Source: Amphiscolops sp. MND2022
Taxonomy: Eukaryota
Reading direction: 5' to 3'
Assembly: GCA_964187785.1 (NCBI GenBank)
Contig: OZ076409.1
Location: forward strand, 62,746,001 to 62,810,000
Length of the DNA stretch: 64,000 nt
Positions 61,674 to 64,000 of the stretch are shown here, in pieces (the stretch's first letter is position 1; every line of letters begins with the position of its first letter). A program made the position numbers and the translations under genes. The notes under the pieces are model-generated. The model ran no database searches. It was not told the origin of the DNA and saw only the letters and a program-made list of their open reading frames with translations.

Positions 61674-62610
61674 ATTTCTGAAAACACATTTACTTCAATC
61701 TTTGTTGTATGCCAGTTTATGATTCTACCTTGATATTTGACCTTTCCTGAAAGCGAGTTTACAATTTTGACATTTTCCCTTTAGGTCAACTCTTTGATCA
61801 AATATCCTTTGCATTTGCTTACTAAGCAATTCTTTCTCATTTTATACCAACGTTCGACCGCAGTGGCAACCGATGGGCCTTAACAATATGGATTTTCCCA
61901 TTCAATTCACTTGGCTCTGCCTTAAATTCCAACGATCTTATGATATCATCCGTGTTCAGTTATCTGCGGACTCGTCTATTTTACTTACTTTAACCTCTGG
62001 AGAGGTCCTGTTGATGGCCTATTCTACTCCTCAATGGATTGAATTTACGCTTCTGCTCAATTCGCCGCACTTCGTGGTTCCCCGCTCTCACGGAATACGA
62101 GGAATCATCGCAATCTACAAACTCCGCCGTATTTTACGCACGTGCTACGAAGGACTTTAAAACACAACAATTCGAAGTGCTTATTCTTACATATCAGTAA
62201 CATGCTCTCTCTTATCATATTTTAATTAAGTCTGGTACTGCATGCGATTTTCTCTCTTCTCTCAACAGCGTTCTCGTTAGTTCAATTTTACCAAACAACA
62301 AAACTACTTTGTTTCACTCGTTTTTATGCTGAAATCGTCTTTGACTATTCGCATTCTACCTAAGTTTTTTACTGTGCTCTTTTCTACTTTTTGAGAAAAA
62401 AAAACAAAAAAAACAAAAAACTAAACACTTAAAACAAATTAAACGAGCAGCAAAATAACTCAAATTAACTTATGAGAAGTAACGTCTTTGGTTTTAGTTT
62501 GGGCCATTAACCATCTGAGTAACTGCCTTGGACGGTTTTTCTAGCATTAAGTTTGGCAAATTTTCTAGCTGTCGTGCTCGTTATCTCTCTAATTTTCACA
62601 CTGACGGGCT

Positions 62611-62919
62611 TTACTGTTCTTGAGCATTGCGGAGTCTCCGGTAACATTTATATCCAAAAAATGCACAGCCAAAGAGTATCAGGGGTAACACGACTGTCAA
62701 CCAGGCCAACTGGTCATTGTTCGAACTTTTAACTTTTTGCTTCTCCACTGGTTTTATTTCACATATCACAGGGACAGTAGCACTCCATATAACCTTTCCA
62801 CTGGTTGTCACAAATTTTGTTCCATTTGTGCAGCACCAAAACTTTTTGCCGCGCCACTGGTGCTCTTCACACGAAAAACAAACCATTATGTAAATGGCAA
62901 TCACAACGCACGTTTTCAT
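62611..62919 (-). CDS. Small type I membrane protein (102 aa)
   Basis: Signal-like N-terminus, Cys-containing ectodomain, TM LAWLTVVLPLILFGCAFFGY, basic tail KCYRRLR; TTTTCAG ends 7 nt before the ATG. Confidence 0.65.
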   Translation of the reverse strand: MKTCVVIAIYIMVCFSCEEHQWRGKKFWCCTNGTKFVTTSGKVIWSATVPVICEIKPVEKQKVKSSNNDQLAWLTVVLPLILFGCAFFGYKCYRRLRNAQEQ

Positions 62920-63041
62920 TTTTCAGCTGAAAATACTAGGTTTTCCTTGCAACTTTGTTCTACACACAAAAAAAACCGGTGTTCCGTTGACACACCATGA
63001 CTTTTCATTCATTTTTCGTTGACATTTTCTCTACAACGCCC

Positions 63042-63242
63042 CTAATAAGACCTGCATCGGTCAATATTCACATAACACTCTGTTGACATTCTTTCAAATG
63101 ACCGACAAACAAACATTTTTCTCAATAGATCGCGAAAAGTCAATAATTTTCTTTGGTGACTGAACTCTGTCAAATTCTTCCGTGGGTCGATTGATAAATG
63201 CCGACAGGCGTACACAAACAAAAACTGACAAACATTTGACAT
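63042..63242 (-). CDS. Small hypothetical protein (66 aa)
   Basis: ATG directly preceded by acceptor-like TTGTTTTAG-A; no recognisable domain. Confidence 0.3.
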   Translation of the reverse strand: MSNVCQFLFVYACRHLSIDPRKNLTEFSHQRKLLTFRDLLRKMFVCRSFERMSTECYVNIDRCRSY

Positions 63243-63308
63243 TCTAAAACAATTTTGCCATCTCTATCTTCAGGCTCATTTTCTGGTTTGAACCATAACT
63301 GAGCAATC

Positions 63309-64000
63309 ATGCTGTTCTTTCTTGCCTACCTTGCTTTCACTCCTGCTTCCGTTTCTAGTCAATGGTCATCTAACATTGAAGCCTCTAATAACCCTAATGA
63401 TCTTCTAGAAAAAGGGATACTATTTAACGAGCGCAATAAAATCTTGCTTACAGAAAAATTTATCAGTGTGGAATTTCTTGTTCCTTTTCCCACTTATGAA
63501 TTTTCCTTGAAACCGGATATCGAACAACTGCTTCACCGCCTTTCGCAAATGTGGGACTTGCCCTCTATTTTTTGTCCCCTGAACTTCTCTAGTCACTTTT
63601 TATCAAATTCTTCTGGATTCAACGTCAATTGGATGCTCTTTCAAATCAATCATGAGATACACGAATCGGAAACCGACCTAAACACTATCCGGAATGAAAC
63701 CTCAATGTTTTTACGACCACCTTCTGAACAACAACCGCGTAAACGACGAGGCGCTGGTGTAGGCCTCGCTGCCCTGGCAGCTGTTGGACTTTTTGGGGGT
63801 GGTATCGCTATGGGCAGTTCCGACTCTTGTGGTCTTCAAGGAATTTTTGGGGGCTGTCACGATCAAGCCCGAGCCAATGCAGCCAACATACGGAGCCTTT
63901 CAGATTACCAAGATGTTCTGACCCAATTTGTCACAGAATTTCAACTGAACACTGACGAAAAATTCTTCTTAGTGAAAAACGAACTCGCCGCTCTTAATGC
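63309..64000 (+). CDS. env: Env: class I viral fusion glycoprotein, open to the window end
   Basis: Manual translation: MLFFLAYLAFTPASVSS signal; N-glycosylation sequons; furin site RKRR (63738-63749); fusion peptide GAGVGLAALAAVGLFGGGIAMG; heptad-like ANAANIRSLSDYQDVLTQFV. Confidence 0.9.
   Translation, partial: MLFFLAYLAFTPASVSSQWSSNIEASNNPNDLLEKGILFNERNKILLTEKFISVEFLVPFPTYEFSLKPDIEQLLHRLSQMWDLPSIFCPLNFSSHFLSNSSGFNVNWMLFQINHEIHESETDLNTIRNETSMFLRPPSEQQPRKRRGAGVGLAALAAVGLFGGGIAMGSSDSCGLQGIFGGCHDQARANAANIRSLSDYQDVLTQFVTEFQLNTDEKFFLVKNELAALN

Larger units (their letters stand above)
53118..64000 (+). mobile_element. Gypsy-B: complex env-bearing Ty3/Gypsy retrovirus-like element (LTRs not identified in the window)
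   Basis: gag, pol, IN-macrodomain, antisense accessory cluster and env in order; only a few frameshifts. Confidence 0.85.

Noticed and set aside
61873..62160. Plus-strand 95-aa ORF as another Gypsy-B accessory gene
   Set aside because: No recognisable domain or supporting signal; could be chance.

Overview
Eukaryotic, transposon-saturated 64 kb window with no convincing intact host gene. The host is probably an invertebrate that uses spliced-leader (SL) trans-splicing; an acoel is my best guess, from a recalled SL sequence. From left to right: (1) a decayed env-bearing Ty3/Gypsy element (Gypsy-A, 1-19071) with a chuvirus-glycoprotein-like env and two coiled-coil + J-domain (HPD) accessory ORFs, one split by a full-length BEL/Pao element (8638-17252); (2) a nest of Penelope, LINE and Copia remnants, Helentron-type non-autonomous elements and MITEs with 9-bp target-site duplications (TSDs) (19-32.8 kb); (3) two near-full-length APE-RT LINEs of different families that both start with the same SL-like leader 11 nt before the ORF1 ATG, plus a CRE-like remnant (32.8-42.3 kb); (4) relics including an EGF-like ORF, a decayed LINE with a 1.24-kb tandem duplication and a RING ORF (42-52 kb); (5) a young, complex retrovirus-like Ty3/Gypsy element (Gypsy-B, 53118 to window end). 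Gypsy-B has a gag/-1 frameshift/pol arrangement, an integrase fused to a TARG1-like macrodomain, an antisense four-exon gene for an HHCC-zinc-finger + OTU-like cysteine protease, a small antisense membrane protein, and an open class I fusion env that the ORF track misses. All family calls come from motif recognition by eye; no database searches were run.
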